Shown: positions 1 through 9,405 of the stretch, one piece after another | Position numbering within the stretch: the first letter of the stretch is position 1 | Layout: the number at the start of each line of letters is the position of its first letter | Origin: an uncultured Planctomycetota bacterium | Lineage (GTDB): Bacteria; Planctomycetota; Planctomycetia; Pirellulales; Lacipirellulaceae | Direction: 5' to 3' | NCBI GenBank assembly: GCA_963719315.1 | Contig: CAVRBU010000004.1 | Location: 64,001-128,000 of the forward strand | Length of the DNA: 64,000 bases | Position numbers and translations under genes: made by a program | Notes under the pieces: generated by a model | What the model was told of the DNA's origin: nothing | Databases searched by the model: none | What the model saw: the letters and a program-made list of their open reading frames with translations, nothing else

Positions 1-3000
1 GAGCAATGGATCGCTGACCGTTCAGTCGGGCGGCCAGGCAACCATGGGTTCGTCATTAATTGGAGAAGGTGGCGCTGGCATCAGCACCGTGACGGTTTCC
101 GGGGTTGGGTCGCTGTTGAACTGTGAGGACGCCATTGTTGGTAATAATGCCGTAGGATTTTTGAACGTTCTTGCCGGAGGAAAGGTAACGAGTTCCGTGC
201 GTGGCCTGGTCGGTTTTAGTGAGGGGTCAAATGGGACCGTCATCGTGGGTGGCAGCGGATCAACTTGGAACATTTCACAATATCTTCTGCTGGGCTACAA
301 CGATGGAGACGCGGATACCGAGGGGACGTTGACGGTTCATTCGGGTGGATTGGTAACAAGCGGTTCCGCATTCCTTGGCAGGGCCTACGTTGGTACCGGT
401 AGTGCCACGGGAACGGCGACGGTGACTGGCATTGGATCACGGTGGAACATCTCCGGCGAACTGCATGTGGGCGAGGAGGGCGACGCGGGTGACGAGGGCA
501 CCGGCGTGCTGAATGTTGCGGCCGGAGGAGTGGTCACCAATGCCAGTGGCATTGTCGGCAACGAAGCCAACTCACCCGGCACCGTGAACGTAACCGGCAG
601 CGGCTCGCGGTGGAATAACACGTCCGATTTGATTGTGGGCTATTTTGGGAACGGCATTCTCGACGTTACGGCAGGGGGCGTGGTTGCCAATACGGTCGGA
701 ACTGTCGGCCACGAAACCGGCTCCTCCGGCTTCGTGACGGTGACGGGCAATGGCTCACGGTGGGATAATTCAAGCAATATGCATGTGGGCTTTAGGGGCA
801 CCGGCACACTGAATGTCCAGAACGGCGGCGTCGTCACCAACGCAATTGGCACTGTCGCCCAAGTAGCCGGCTCAACGGGCACCGCGACAGTGACCGGCGT
901 TGGCTCGCGGTGGAGCAACTCCGATTTTCTGGTGGTGGGCAATGCCGACGATGGCACGCTGAATGTTGCGGCCGGTGGCGTGGTCACCGACACCCAGGGC
1001 TTTATCGGCAACGAAGGCGGCTCATCGGGTTTCGTGACGGTGACCGGCAGTGGATCGCGGTGGAATAACTCAGGTCTGCTGAGTGTGGGCCATTCCGTCG
1101 GCAGCGGCAGGCTGAATGTCGAACAGGGAGGGGTTGTTACCAATCTCGACGGCTTTATCGGTTTCGGTGCTGGTTCAACGGGTATCGCGACCGTGACCGG
1201 CGGTGGCTCGCAATGGAATAACACCTCCTATCTGATTGTGGGCTATTTCGGAAACGGCACGCTGAATGTTACGGCAGGCGGCGTGGTCACCAATACGGCT
1301 GGCATTGTCGGCCAAGAAGTCGGCTCAACCGGCGCCGTGACGGTAAACGGCATTGGCTCGCGGTGGAACAACTCCAGCACTCTCGAGGTGGGTCGTTTCG
1401 CGAACGGCACCCTGAATGTTGCGGCAGGTGGCCTGGTCACCAATACGGTGGGCCTTGTCGGCAACGCAGCCGGCTCATCTGGCGCCGTGACGGTAACCGG
1501 CAGTGGGTCGCGGTGGGATAACGCGTCCGAACTGAATGTGGGCGTTCAGGGCACCGGCACGTTGAATGTCGAGGCAGGGGGCGTGGTCACCACGACGCAT
1601 GGATTGATCGGTCGATTTGCCGGCTCATCCGGCACCGTGACGGTGACCGGCAGTGGATCGCAGTGGATTAACTCGCCCTACCTGTTTGTGGGCCACGAGG
1701 GCACCGGCATGCTGCACGTCGAGGCAGGCGGCGTGGTCACGGCAGGTAATAGCGCTATTGGGACAGTCAGCGGCTCATCCGGCACCGTGACGGTGACCGG
1801 CAGTGGCTCACAATGGAATAACACGGGCTCTCTGATTGTGGGCCATGTGAGCAATGGCATTCTGAATGTTACGGCAGGTGGCGTGGTCACCAATCCGGTG
1901 GGCGTTGTCGGCAACGAAGCCGGCTCATCCGGCGCCGTGACGGTGACCGGCAGTGGATCACAGTGGAATAACTCGGACTCTCTGCAAGTGGGCAGTTTCG
2001 GAAACGGCACGCTGAATATTGCCAATGGTGGAAGCGTCAACGTGGGCAATCTCACAACGGTTGGCGCAGACGGTCAGATCAACAACAGCGATGGCAGTTT
2101 CGTCGGCAATACGGTGATCAATCAGCCCGGTGGCGAGATTCTTGGCCGCGGATCGTTTTCCGCCATTGGCGGCTGGAGCAACTCGGGTTTTATGGCCTTT
2201 CGCGGTGGAGTGTCGAATGTCTACGGAGCCGTCAACAACCTGGCGGGCGGAACGATTTTCTCAGAATTCTTCGGCACGACCTATTTTCACGGCGATGTCG
2301 TTCACAACGGAGTCCAAATCGCAGTCGGCGCTGGCAGCCGCATCGAGTTCCAGGGGACCGTATCAGGCGCGGGCAACTACTTCAGCGGCGGGACGGTCAC
2401 CATGAACGGCGCGTTTCGTCCAGGCAACGGCCCTGGTGTCGTCAGCTTCGCAAGCGATCTCGCGTTCGGCGCAGGCGCGTCGCTCGAAATCGAAATTGGC
2501 GGACTCACCGCGGGCTCGCAGCACGACAAGCTGAGCATCGCCGGCAACCTTGCGCTCGACGGCGAGTTAGAAGTTTCACTCATCAACGGCTTCAACCCAA
2601 GTGCCGGCCAGTCGTTCAACATCCTCGACTGGGGCACCTTGGGGGGAACGTTCGCAACGCCGCTCCACCTGCCTTCACTTGCTGGCACCCTCGCTTGGAA
2701 TACGAGCCAGCTCTACACAACCGGCGTGCTCAGCGTCGATTCCGGCCTACTTGGCGACTACAACAACAACAGCGTCGTCGATTCGGCCGATTATGCTCTC
2801 TGGCGCAAGAACATCAACACCGCGGTCACGCTACCCAACGACTCGACGCCCGGCACCAGTCCGGCCGATTACACGGTGTGGCGGTCCCACTTCGGCCAAA
2901 CACCAGGTAGCGGATCGGGTGCTAGGGCGACTGCCGCCGTTCCTGAACCGGCGACTTTGATGCTGCTGATGTTGGCGGCGACTGGCTGGTGTCTTCGGCG

Positions 3001-3016
3001 ACGCCGGGTCGCATAG
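1..3016 (+). CDS. PEP-CTERM surface protein with about 13 T5SS/PEP-CTERM-associated beta-helix repeats and a dockerin-like tail; 5' end lies outside the window
   Basis: Frame is open from position 2. ~43-aa repeats (GxxTVTGxGSxWxNxxxLxVGxxGxGxLNVxAGGVV), then GDYNNNSVVDSADYALWR and VPEPATLMLLMLAATGWCLRRRR. Confidence 0.9.
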   Translation, partial: SNGSLTVQSGGQATMGSSLIGEGGAGISTVTVSGVGSLLNCEDAIVGNNAVGFLNVLAGGKVTSSVRGLVGFSEGSNGTVIVGGSGSTWNISQYLLLGYNDGDADTEGTLTVHSGGLVTSGSAFLGRAYVGTGSATGTATVTGIGSRWNISGELHVGEEGDAGDEGTGVLNVAAGGVVTNASGIVGNEANSPGTVNVTGSGSRWNNTSDLIVGYFGNGILDVTAGGVVANTVGTVGHETGSSGFVTVTGNGSRWDNSSNMHVGFRGTGTLNVQNGGVVTNAIGTVAQVAGSTGTATVTGVGSRWSNSDFLVVGNADDGTLNVAAGGVVTDTQGFIGNEGGSSGFVTVTGSGSRWNNSGLLSVGHSVGSGRLNVEQGGVVTNLDGFIGFGAGSTGIATVTGGGSQWNNTSYLIVGYFGNGTLNVTAGGVVTNTAGIVGQEVGSTGAVTVNGIGSRWNNSSTLEVGRFANGTLNVAAGGLVTNTVGLVGNAAGSSGAVTVTGSGSRWDNASELNVGVQGTGTLNVEAGGVVTTTHGLIGRFAGSSGTVTVTGSGSQWINSPYLFVGHEGTGMLHVEAGGVVTAGNSAIGTVSGSSGTVTVTGSGSQWNNTGSLIVGHVSNGILNVTAGGVVTNPVGVVGNEAGSSGAVTVTGSGSQWNNSDSLQVGSFGNGTLNIANGGSVNVGNLTTVGADGQINNSDGSFVGNTVINQPGGEILGRGSFSAIGGWSNSGFMAFRGGVSNVYGAVNNLAGGTIFSEFFGTTYFHGDVVHNGVQIAVGAGSRIEFQGTVSGAGNYFSGGTVTMNGAFRPGNGPGVVSFASDLAFGAGASLEIEIGGLTAGSQHDKLSIAGNLALDGELEVSLINGFNPSAGQSFNILDWGTLGGTFATPLHLPSLAGTLAWNTSQLYTTGVLSVDSGLLGDYNNNSVVDSADYALWRKNINTAVTLPNDSTPGTSPADYTVWRSHFGQTPGSGSGARATAAVPEPATLMLLMLAATGWCLRRRRVA

Positions 3017-3370
3017 AAAGTCCCATCAACTCATGAGTGCGTGAAACGCTTCATCAACCCATCGACTTAGAAACGGTGTTCCACCGGCACATTTCGCCAA
3101 CTAACCTGCTTCGGTCGCTCCCACGTCGTACCCACCGACGCATCGACGGCGCTGTTGCCAGTTGCTGTCGGTCGCATCGCCCGAGAGCACCAACGCGCAC
3201 CATCGGGGCAGGGCACAATCACTTATTACGAGTGCAGAGTTAGTGCAGAGAAAAGCACGCGACGGGACGATAAGCAAAGCACTTGCGTGAAAAGAACGTG
3301 AAAGCTACGTTGATCAGAAGTGGCTGATTTGTCGGCACTTACGCACTTCTTTGCATTTCGGCTGTATCGT

Positions 3371-3412
3371 CTGGGGGTCAAAAGGTCGCTGGTTCGAATC
3401 CAGTCGGCCCGA
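3371..3412 (+). repeat. att site: 3' half of tRNA-Pro(GGG), copy 1
   Basis: CTGGGGGTCAAAAGGTCGCTGGTTCGAATCCAGTCGGCCCGA contains the anticodon loop, T-arm (GGTTCGAATCC) and 3' acceptor strand. There is no 5' half upstream. Identical to 10524-10565. Confidence 0.9.
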
Positions 3413-3514
3413 CTAGCAAAAAAGTAACTTTCGACCGTCCTGCTACAGTAAATCCTACAGTAAATCCAGCCGGTGGCTTATTTCCGGGCTAGGTTTTATG
3501 AGGGATTTACTGCT

Positions 3515-3895
3515 ATGGCGAGACGAAGAAAAGGACCGTGGAAGCGGAAGGGCGAGACGAAGGATAACCACTGGTATACGACTATTGGCAAGCAGACGAT
3601 GAAGGTTGCGGAAGGCACCGCAACCTATCAGCAGGCGTATGAGAAGTACGTCCAAATTCTGGCCGACAACGGCGATATTGAGCCGGAACAATTCACGATC
3701 AAGAATTTGGTCAAGCGGTTCCTGGTCTGGTCGAAGGCTAACCGCAAACCCGCTACTCACGCCTTCTACGAGCGGTATCTGAATTCGTTTGTCGCCTACT
3801 CCGGCAACAAGCGTGTGCGGTTGTTCAATACATGGGTGGGCGACGGCTGCCCTGAGAAGGCTCTAAGAGTCCGAATGTATTCGCCCGCCCAGTGA
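3515..3895 (+). pseudogene. Tyrosine integrase N-terminal fragment (arm-binding and SAM-like part; catalytic domain absent)
   Basis: MARRRKGPW...WYTTIGKQ...TIKNLVKRFLVWSKANRKPATHAFYERYLNSF lies directly beside the att site. No R-H-R-Y catalytic residues follow. Confidence 0.7.
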
Positions 3896-4095
3896 ATACG
3901 CCCCCGGCCGTGCCCGGCTGTTACGCCAGTCCACTACTCCCAAATGCTGGCGTGGGGCCAAATCTTACCGCCGCACAATCGAGAGTCAGTGGTTGTACTG
4001 CTGACGGAGATTTGTGCCCCGGATGCTGATACGGGGTGTGGCGGTTCAGCACACCCGCGATACGGCAGGCCGCGTATCTGCGGGTGTTGTGTGTC

Positions 4096-5082
4096 TTACA
4101 AGAGCATCCGGGCAAGGTTGAAGTAAACCAGTAGAGTGACCATATCGGACAAGGCCAATGACACCGGGCCAGCGGCAACTTGTGGGTCACGCCGCATGAA
4201 GCGGAGCAAGTTGGGCATGGCGACACCGATCATTGCCGAGATTGCCACTCCACCAGTAATCCCGCCAATCAAACACAACGCAACCCGCCAGTCCCGTAGC
4301 CAAATGGCGGCAACCGTGGCAATGATTATCGCACTGGCAGCCCCAAGCAATGCACCCGTAGTAAATTCCCGCCGTAGCTTGCATGCAATGTCGCGGAGTG
4401 TTGGACGCTGGCCGTGTAACACCTGCAAGGCCAAGCTAACAGATTGAATACTGACACTCTCGGCAAGTGCCAACACAACGGGAATGAAAAGTGCGATGGC
4501 CACTACCTTTTGTAATTCATCCTCAAACAGTCCCGACAGAAACGCGGCCATAATGCCGCCAGCGATGTTCGCCAAGAGCCAAGGGAAGCGGCTCCGAAAT
4601 GCCAGTATGGACGAAGCCTGTTGCGATTCGGTTAAATGCACGCCGATCAATTGAAACAAGTCGTCATACCGTTCGCTGCGGTCAAGCTCACTTAGTTCCT
4701 GAGTGTATAACTCAACATCGACCACGCCGATAATCCGCCGCTCGTCATCGACCACGGGGAACGCCAGTAGCCGGTGCATGACGAAGAATTCGCACGCATC
4801 CAATACGGTAGCAGTGTGCGGAATCGTAATCACGTCGCGGACCATGATTTCGGCCAATGGCTTGTCTAATTCACTCAGTAGCAAGCGACGTGTAGGAATG
4901 ACACCTTGCAATCGTTCGTCATCGTCTATCACGTAGAAGTAAATGACGCGGCTGGATGGTGGATTACGTCGAATGGCGGCAAGGGCTTCGCCCACGGTCT
5001 GCTTGACGTGCAGCCGGTTGAAGTCCCGATGTAGCTTCGAGCTGATCGGGTCGTGCAATTCGTGGTCTGACAAGCTGCTCAT
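4096..5082 (-). CDS. mgtE: MgtE-family magnesium transporter (CBS pair plus membrane domain)
   Basis: IYFYVIDDDERLQGVI (CBS), RFPWLLANI, DPQVAAGPVSLALSDMVTLLVYF. Start placed at MSSLSD. Confidence 0.85.
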   Translation of the reverse strand: MSSLSDHELHDPISSKLHRDFNRLHVKQTVGEALAAIRRNPPSSRVIYFYVIDDDERLQGVIPTRRLLLSELDKPLAEIMVRDVITIPHTATVLDACEFFVMHRLLAFPVVDDERRIIGVVDVELYTQELSELDRSERYDDLFQLIGVHLTESQQASSILAFRSRFPWLLANIAGGIMAAFLSGLFEDELQKVVAIALFIPVVLALAESVSIQSVSLALQVLHGQRPTLRDIACKLRREFTTGALLGAASAIIIATVAAIWLRDWRVALCLIGGITGGVAISAMIGVAMPNLLRFMRRDPQVAAGPVSLALSDMVTLLVYFNLARMLL

Positions 5083-5277
5083 TGAATCAGTAGCCCAAGA
5101 ATCGTGCCAGAATGCCAAATAAGGTAAGGCCGCTGAAAATTGCAATTACAATGATTCGGACCCACCTGTCAGATTGATCCGGTTCGGAATTGCGGTTTGA
5201 GGTGGACCCTAAAAACTGGGCGCCCTGATAAGGTATAAAATCCCCGCTGTGGGATGGCCTATCAGGAGGTTCGGAGG

Positions 5278-5568
5278 ATGGCTCGGAAGCGACGGAGTTT
5301 TAGCGGTGCGTTCAAGGCGAAGGTAGCACTGGCGGCGTGCCGGGGCGACAAGACCACGGCTCAACTGGCGGCTGAGTATGAAGTGCATGTGGGCCAGATC
5401 ACGGCCTGGAAGAAGCAACTCTTGGAGGGAGCTCCGGAGTTGTTCGAAGACGGCCGCGGCAAGCGAGCGGCCGAGGACACGGCCAATGACCAGGAGCTTT
5501 ACGAGCAGATCGGCCGGCTGAAGATGGAAGTCGAGTGGTTGAAAAAAAAAGCTGCCGAGCTCAACTGA
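5278..5568 (+). CDS. IS3 transposase OrfA (HTH)
   Basis: RRSFSGAFKAKVALAA...QITAWKKQL...LYEQIGRLKMEVEWLKKK, with an A9 run at 5542-5550. Confidence 0.9.
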   Translation: MARKRRSFSGAFKAKVALAACRGDKTTAQLAAEYEVHVGQITAWKKQLLEGAPELFEDGRGKRAAEDTANDQELYEQIGRLKMEVEWLKKKAAELN

Positions 5569-5632
5569 AGGACTGAGGCGATGCATCGAAACGGAACGCA
5601 AACAGCTCACGATCGCGCGGCAGTGCGAGCTA

Positions 5633-6430
5633 GTGGGGCTCGCACGAAGCACGTGGTACTACCAGCCGATTGGCGAATCGGCCGAGAACCTGGCGTTCAT
5701 GCGTGCGATCGACGAGCAGTATTTGCGGACGCCGTTTTACGGCAGCCGCAAGCTCTCGGAAGTGCTGGGAGTGAACCGCAAGCGCATCCAACGGTTGATG
5801 CGTGTGATGGGCATCGAGGCGATCTATCCGAAGCGGCGGACCACCAGGCCCGGCGCCGGACACAAAATTTACCCGTATTTACTGCGGAATGTGGAGGTCG
5901 CGCGGCCCGACCAGGTGTGGGCCAGCGACATCACCTACGTGCCGCTGCGTCACGGGTTTTTGTACCTCGCGGCGGTGATGGACTGGTACAGCCGCTACGT
6001 GCTGAGTTGGCGCTTGTCGAACACGCTTACCGGCGACTTCTGTATGGAGGCGCTCGACGAAGCGCTCACGCAGACCAAGCCCGAGATCTTCAACAGCGAC
6101 CAAGGGAGTCAATACACAGCCGAAGCGTTCACGTCGCGGCTGGAGGCTGCCGGCGTGGCGATCAGCATGGATGGCCGCGGCCGGGCGATCGACAACGTGT
6201 TCGTCGAGCGGCTGTGGCGGAGTGTGAAATACGAGGACGTGTACCTCAAGGATTACGTGGACGGCTGGCAAGCCGACGCGTCGCTGGCGGCGTACTTCCG
6301 CTTCTACAACAACGAACGAATCCATCAGGCGCTCGGCTACCGCACCCCATGGGAGATTTATCGCGAGCGAGGCTCAAGCGACGGGCCGCCGTCAGACGAA
6401 AAACGAATTGAAATCGCGCCAACAATTTGA
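5633..6430 (+). CDS. IS3 transposase OrfB (DDE integrase core)
   Basis: WASDITY, FNSDQGSQY, DNVFVERLWRSVKYE, YNNERIHQALGYRTP. The frame is open back to the A9 run. Confidence 0.95.
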   Translation: MGLARSTWYYQPIGESAENLAFMRAIDEQYLRTPFYGSRKLSEVLGVNRKRIQRLMRVMGIEAIYPKRRTTRPGAGHKIYPYLLRNVEVARPDQVWASDITYVPLRHGFLYLAAVMDWYSRYVLSWRLSNTLTGDFCMEALDEALTQTKPEIFNSDQGSQYTAEAFTSRLEAAGVAISMDGRGRAIDNVFVERLWRSVKYEDVYLKDYVDGWQADASLAAYFRFYNNERIHQALGYRTPWEIYRERGSSDGPPSDEKRIEIAPTI

Positions 6431-6675
6431 TAGCTGGTTAGTACATCAGAAAGTTAAACCGCTGCAGCGGCCGCGCAAGACCTGTGAGGGGTCTTGCGGG
6501 CCGCCAGCCCCACTACCTTATTCAACCCTATTGGGCGCCCAACCAATGGGGTCCACCTCAGTTATCGGTACTCATAGTTTGGCCCTGCCAAATAAAAAAA
6601 CGCTGGCCGCACTTTTGCCGCCAGTCACGGGGAAACTCGACCACAGAGAAGTGCCTTTAGCACTTAGTAGGTCGG

Positions 6676-6990
6676 TCAGATACGCAGCAAGACGTGCTGC
6701 GATTGCAAGGTCTGGCAATCGGTAGAAGGTCGCGGAAAGTCGATCCGACCTACTGAACGCCAATCGAAAGATAGGCTTACGAGGCCAAGAAATATGCTGC
6801 CGCTAGATATTTTGATGCTGGCGGACTGTCCAGCGATTCTGGCAAGCCCGATTTGACCGGAATCCCCCTTTGACGGACTGGAATGGTTGTCCGCCGCGTT
6901 TTGATTCGCATTTGTTTGCAATGTGATCCATGCCGGGCAATTCAATCCCACGCCAATCAGTAACAAAATGGTAACTAAGGCGTTCCGCAT
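6676..6990 (-). CDS. Small hypothetical protein with hydrophobic N-terminus, upstream of mgtE
   Basis: 104-aa ORF (MRNALVTILLLIGVGLNC...TLQSQHVLLRI) with a GGGA RBS-like sequence; same strand as mgtE. Confidence 0.45.
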   Translation of the reverse strand: MRNALVTILLLIGVGLNCPAWITLQTNANQNAADNHSSPSKGDSGQIGLARIAGQSASIKISSGSIFLGLVSLSFDWRSVGRIDFPRPSTDCQTLQSQHVLLRI

Positions 6991-7145
6991 AACCCAATTC
7001 TCTCATGATGATCGAAGGCAGTCCAGACCAATGACGTACCGATAACACAGCGTGTCTCCAATCGTGGCCAAAATCGGTCGCACAGAATGCCCCCAGAATC
7101 GTCCGAGCGAGTAAGGCCGTCCCTAGACACGTCCGTTTTCGGCTA

Positions 7146-7191
7146 TTGACCGAACGAACAAAGGTCAATATATTTGCATAGGCGAATATAT
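7146..7191 (+). promoter_or_regulatory. ars promoter and ArsR operator 1
   Basis: TTGACC (7146-7151), 17 bp, TATATT (7169-7174). The imperfect palindrome ATATATTTGC-ATAG-GCGAATATAT (7168-7191) overlaps the -10 box and the start codon. Confidence 0.75.
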
Positions 7192-7537
7192 GAAAACCGT
7201 TGCTGCTACCCCTGTTGATCGTATTTTCCGAGCCTTCGCCGATCCGACTCGGCTCCGCATTCTCAGCTTGCTCCTACGTGGCGAGCTATGCGTATGCGAC
7301 ATTGTGAACACGTTGGAAGTGCCGCAGCCCACCGCGTCACGTCACTTAGCGTATCTACGCAAGGCAGGGTTAGTCGAGGCACGGAGGGATGGGCTTTGGA
7401 TGTACTATAAATTGGCACCTGCCCGGAACGCCATGCACAAGAAACTGATTGAATGTCTCGGCTGCTGCTTTCAAGATTTCCCCCAGCTATCCAAGGATGC
7501 GAAGCAGCTTGGCCGCTGCACGAAATGCTGCGAGTAA
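7190..7537 (+). CDS. arsR: ArsR/SmtB metalloregulator
   Basis: FRAFADPTRLRIL...ELCVCDIV...SRHLAYLRKAGLV...R.GLWMYY; C-terminal Cys pairs. Confidence 0.95.
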   Translation: MKTVAATPVDRIFRAFADPTRLRILSLLLRGELCVCDIVNTLEVPQPTASRHLAYLRKAGLVEARRDGLWMYYKLAPARNAMHKKLIECLGCCFQDFPQLSKDAKQLGRCTKCCE

Positions 7538-7550
7538 AAATTTTTGCCCA

Positions 7551-7574
7551 ATATATTCGCATAAGCGAATGAAG
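7551..7574 (+). promoter_or_regulatory. Second ArsR operator-like palindrome upstream of acr3
   Basis: ATATATTCGC-ATAA-GCGAAT, nearly identical to 7168-7187. Confidence 0.7.
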
Positions 7575-7579
7575 TAAGG

Positions 7580-8704
7580 ATGCAAAGGATGAATCAGCCA
7601 ATACAAACTTGCCCGCGTGGTCGATTGTCATTCCTTGACCGTTTTCTGACAGTCTGGATATTCCTTGCGATGGCCATTGGCGTAGCGGCAGGCCACTTTA
7701 TTCCCAGCGTGGAATCGTTCATCAATCGGTTTCAGGTGGGGACCACGAATATCCCGATTGCGATTGGCCTGATTTTGATGATGTACCCACCGTTGGCGAA
7801 GGTGAAGTATGAGGAATTGGGCGACGTATTCCGCAACTGGAAGATACTTGGACTTTCGCTCTTGCAGAATTGGTTGATCGGCCCCGTTTTGATGTTCGTC
7901 TTGGCCATCGTGTTTCTGCGGAGCTATCCAGAGTATATGACTGGGCTGATTCTCATTGGCTTGGCCCGCTGTATCGCAATGGTGATTGTGTGGAACGAAC
8001 TAGCCAAGGGCGACACTGAATACGCCGCCGGTCTAGTCGCGTTCAACAGCGTTTTTCAAGTGCTGTTCTACAGCCTCTATGCTTGGGTATTTATTACCTG
8101 GCTTCCGCCGCTGCTAAACCTACAGGGCAGCGTAGTTGAAGTGAGCATAGCTCAGATTGCCCAGAGCGTATTTATCTATTTGGGCATTCCGTTTCTGGCC
8201 GGCATTTTCACTCGATTCGTTTTGCTTCGCACCAAAGGGCGGGATTGGTATGAGCGGGAATTCATACCGCGAATCAGCCCGATTACACTGGTTGCCCTTT
8301 TGTTCACAATTCTGGTTATGTTCAGCCTCAAAGGCGAGCAGATAGTGCGGATTCCATTTGACGTGCTAATAATTGCAGTGCCACTCCTGATTTATTTCGT
8401 GGCCATGTTCCTGATTAGCTTTTTTCTTGGCTACAAGCTGGGAGCCGACTACTCAAAAACGGCCACGTTGTCATTCACGGCGGCAAGCAACAATTTCGAG
8501 TTGGCGATTGCCGTTGCGGTAGCGGTGTTCGGAATCGGATCGGGTGTCGCGTTCGCTGCCGTTATCGGCCCATTGGTTGAAGTTCCGGTAATGATCGGAT
8601 TAGTAGGCGTCTCACGCTACTTTCAACGCAAGTATTTCGCCCTTGGGGCCGACGGACTTCCGTTGAACGTGGCTACAGCGGCAACAAAATCGGCCCCAAG
8701 ATAG
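7580..8704 (+). CDS. acr3: Acr3-family arsenite efflux transporter
   Basis: [57 protein letters not shown]. Confidence 0.97.
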   Translation: MQRMNQPIQTCPRGRLSFLDRFLTVWIFLAMAIGVAAGHFIPSVESFINRFQVGTTNIPIAIGLILMMYPPLAKVKYEELGDVFRNWKILGLSLLQNWLIGPVLMFVLAIVFLRSYPEYMTGLILIGLARCIAMVIVWNELAKGDTEYAAGLVAFNSVFQVLFYSLYAWVFITWLPPLLNLQGSVVEVSIAQIAQSVFIYLGIPFLAGIFTRFVLLRTKGRDWYEREFIPRISPITLVALLFTILVMFSLKGEQIVRIPFDVLIIAVPLLIYFVAMFLISFFLGYKLGADYSKTATLSFTAASNNFELAIAVAVAVFGIGSGVAFAAVIGPLVEVPVMIGLVGVSRYFQRKYFALGADGLPLNVATAATKSAPR

Positions 8705-8715
8705 GAGCCTCAGCC

Positions 8716-8961
8716 ATGACTCACAACGAATGCTACGGCAAGCTGTTTCCTACGGTCAATTCGCCCCCAACGGATCGGCCAATACGGGGCAAGGCGTTCG
8801 TAATCGAGTTGCAACGTGCGGGTGGGATGGCGATAGCCACGCGACATGCCAACGTCGATATGGACGAATGGGACAAGTGCGTGACGTGTGACGAATTCCC
8901 AAACTGCTACAAACTCAGTATGGCGAAACTCGCCCTTGAAACCGGCGTCATGCAAAACTGA
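8716..8961 (+). CDS. Cys-containing hypothetical protein inside the ars operon
   Basis: AGGAG RBS; 81 aa; ECYG...WDKCVTCDEFPNCY; tightly packed between acr3 and arsC. Confidence 0.75.
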   Translation: MTHNECYGKLFPTVNSPPTDRPIRGKAFVIELQRAGGMAIATRHANVDMDEWDKCVTCDEFPNCYKLSMAKLALETGVMQN

Positions 8962-8973
8962 AAGGGAGCGTCT

Positions 8974-9405
8974 ATGGATACAAAGCCGAACGTACTATTT
9001 CTCTGCACTGGAAATTCCTGCCGTAGTCAAATGGCCGAGGGATTCCTACGCGAACATGGCAGTGACGAATTCAATGCCTACAGTGCCGGAACCGAACCGG
9101 CGGAGCGTGTTCACCCGCTCGCTGTTCAGGTAATGACAGAGAAGGGAATTGACATAAGTAATCAGGAACCGAAGAACGTCGGTCAATTCCTTGGCCGGCT
9201 GGCGGTGCGTCACTTGGTTATTGTTTGTTCCGGTGCGAATGAAAAATGCCCGCGTATCTTCCCCGGAATGATGAATCGACACTTTTGGCCTTTTGACGAT
9301 CCGGCGGCGTTTGTCGGGAGCCCAACGGCGACGTTAGAGAAGTTTCGCACTGTGCGGGACGAAATAGAGGCACGTATCAAAGACTGGTTAAAGGAATCCC
9401 CATGA
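8974..9405 (+). CDS. arsC: Arsenate reductase, LMW-PTP (thioredoxin-type) family
   Basis: [18 protein letters not shown]-loop; [17 protein letters not shown]. Confidence 0.95.
   Translation: MDTKPNVLFLCTGNSCRSQMAEGFLREHGSDEFNAYSAGTEPAERVHPLAVQVMTEKGIDISNQEPKNVGQFLGRLAVRHLVIVCSGANEKCPRIFPGMMNRHFWPFDDPAAFVGSPTATLEKFRTVRDEIEARIKDWLKESP

Larger units (their letters stand above)
5198..6560 (+). mobile_element. IS3-family insertion sequence, 1363 bp
   Basis: Terminal IRs TGAGGTGGACCC...GGGCGCCC and GGGCGCCC...GGGTCCACCTCA; 3-bp target duplication GTT (5195-5197, 6561-6563). Confidence 0.95.

Noticed and set aside
3340..3415. Functional tRNA-Pro gene here or at 10490-10568
   Set aside because: Only the anticodon loop onward is present; there is no 5' acceptor strand (CGGGCCG), D-arm or 5' anticodon stem.
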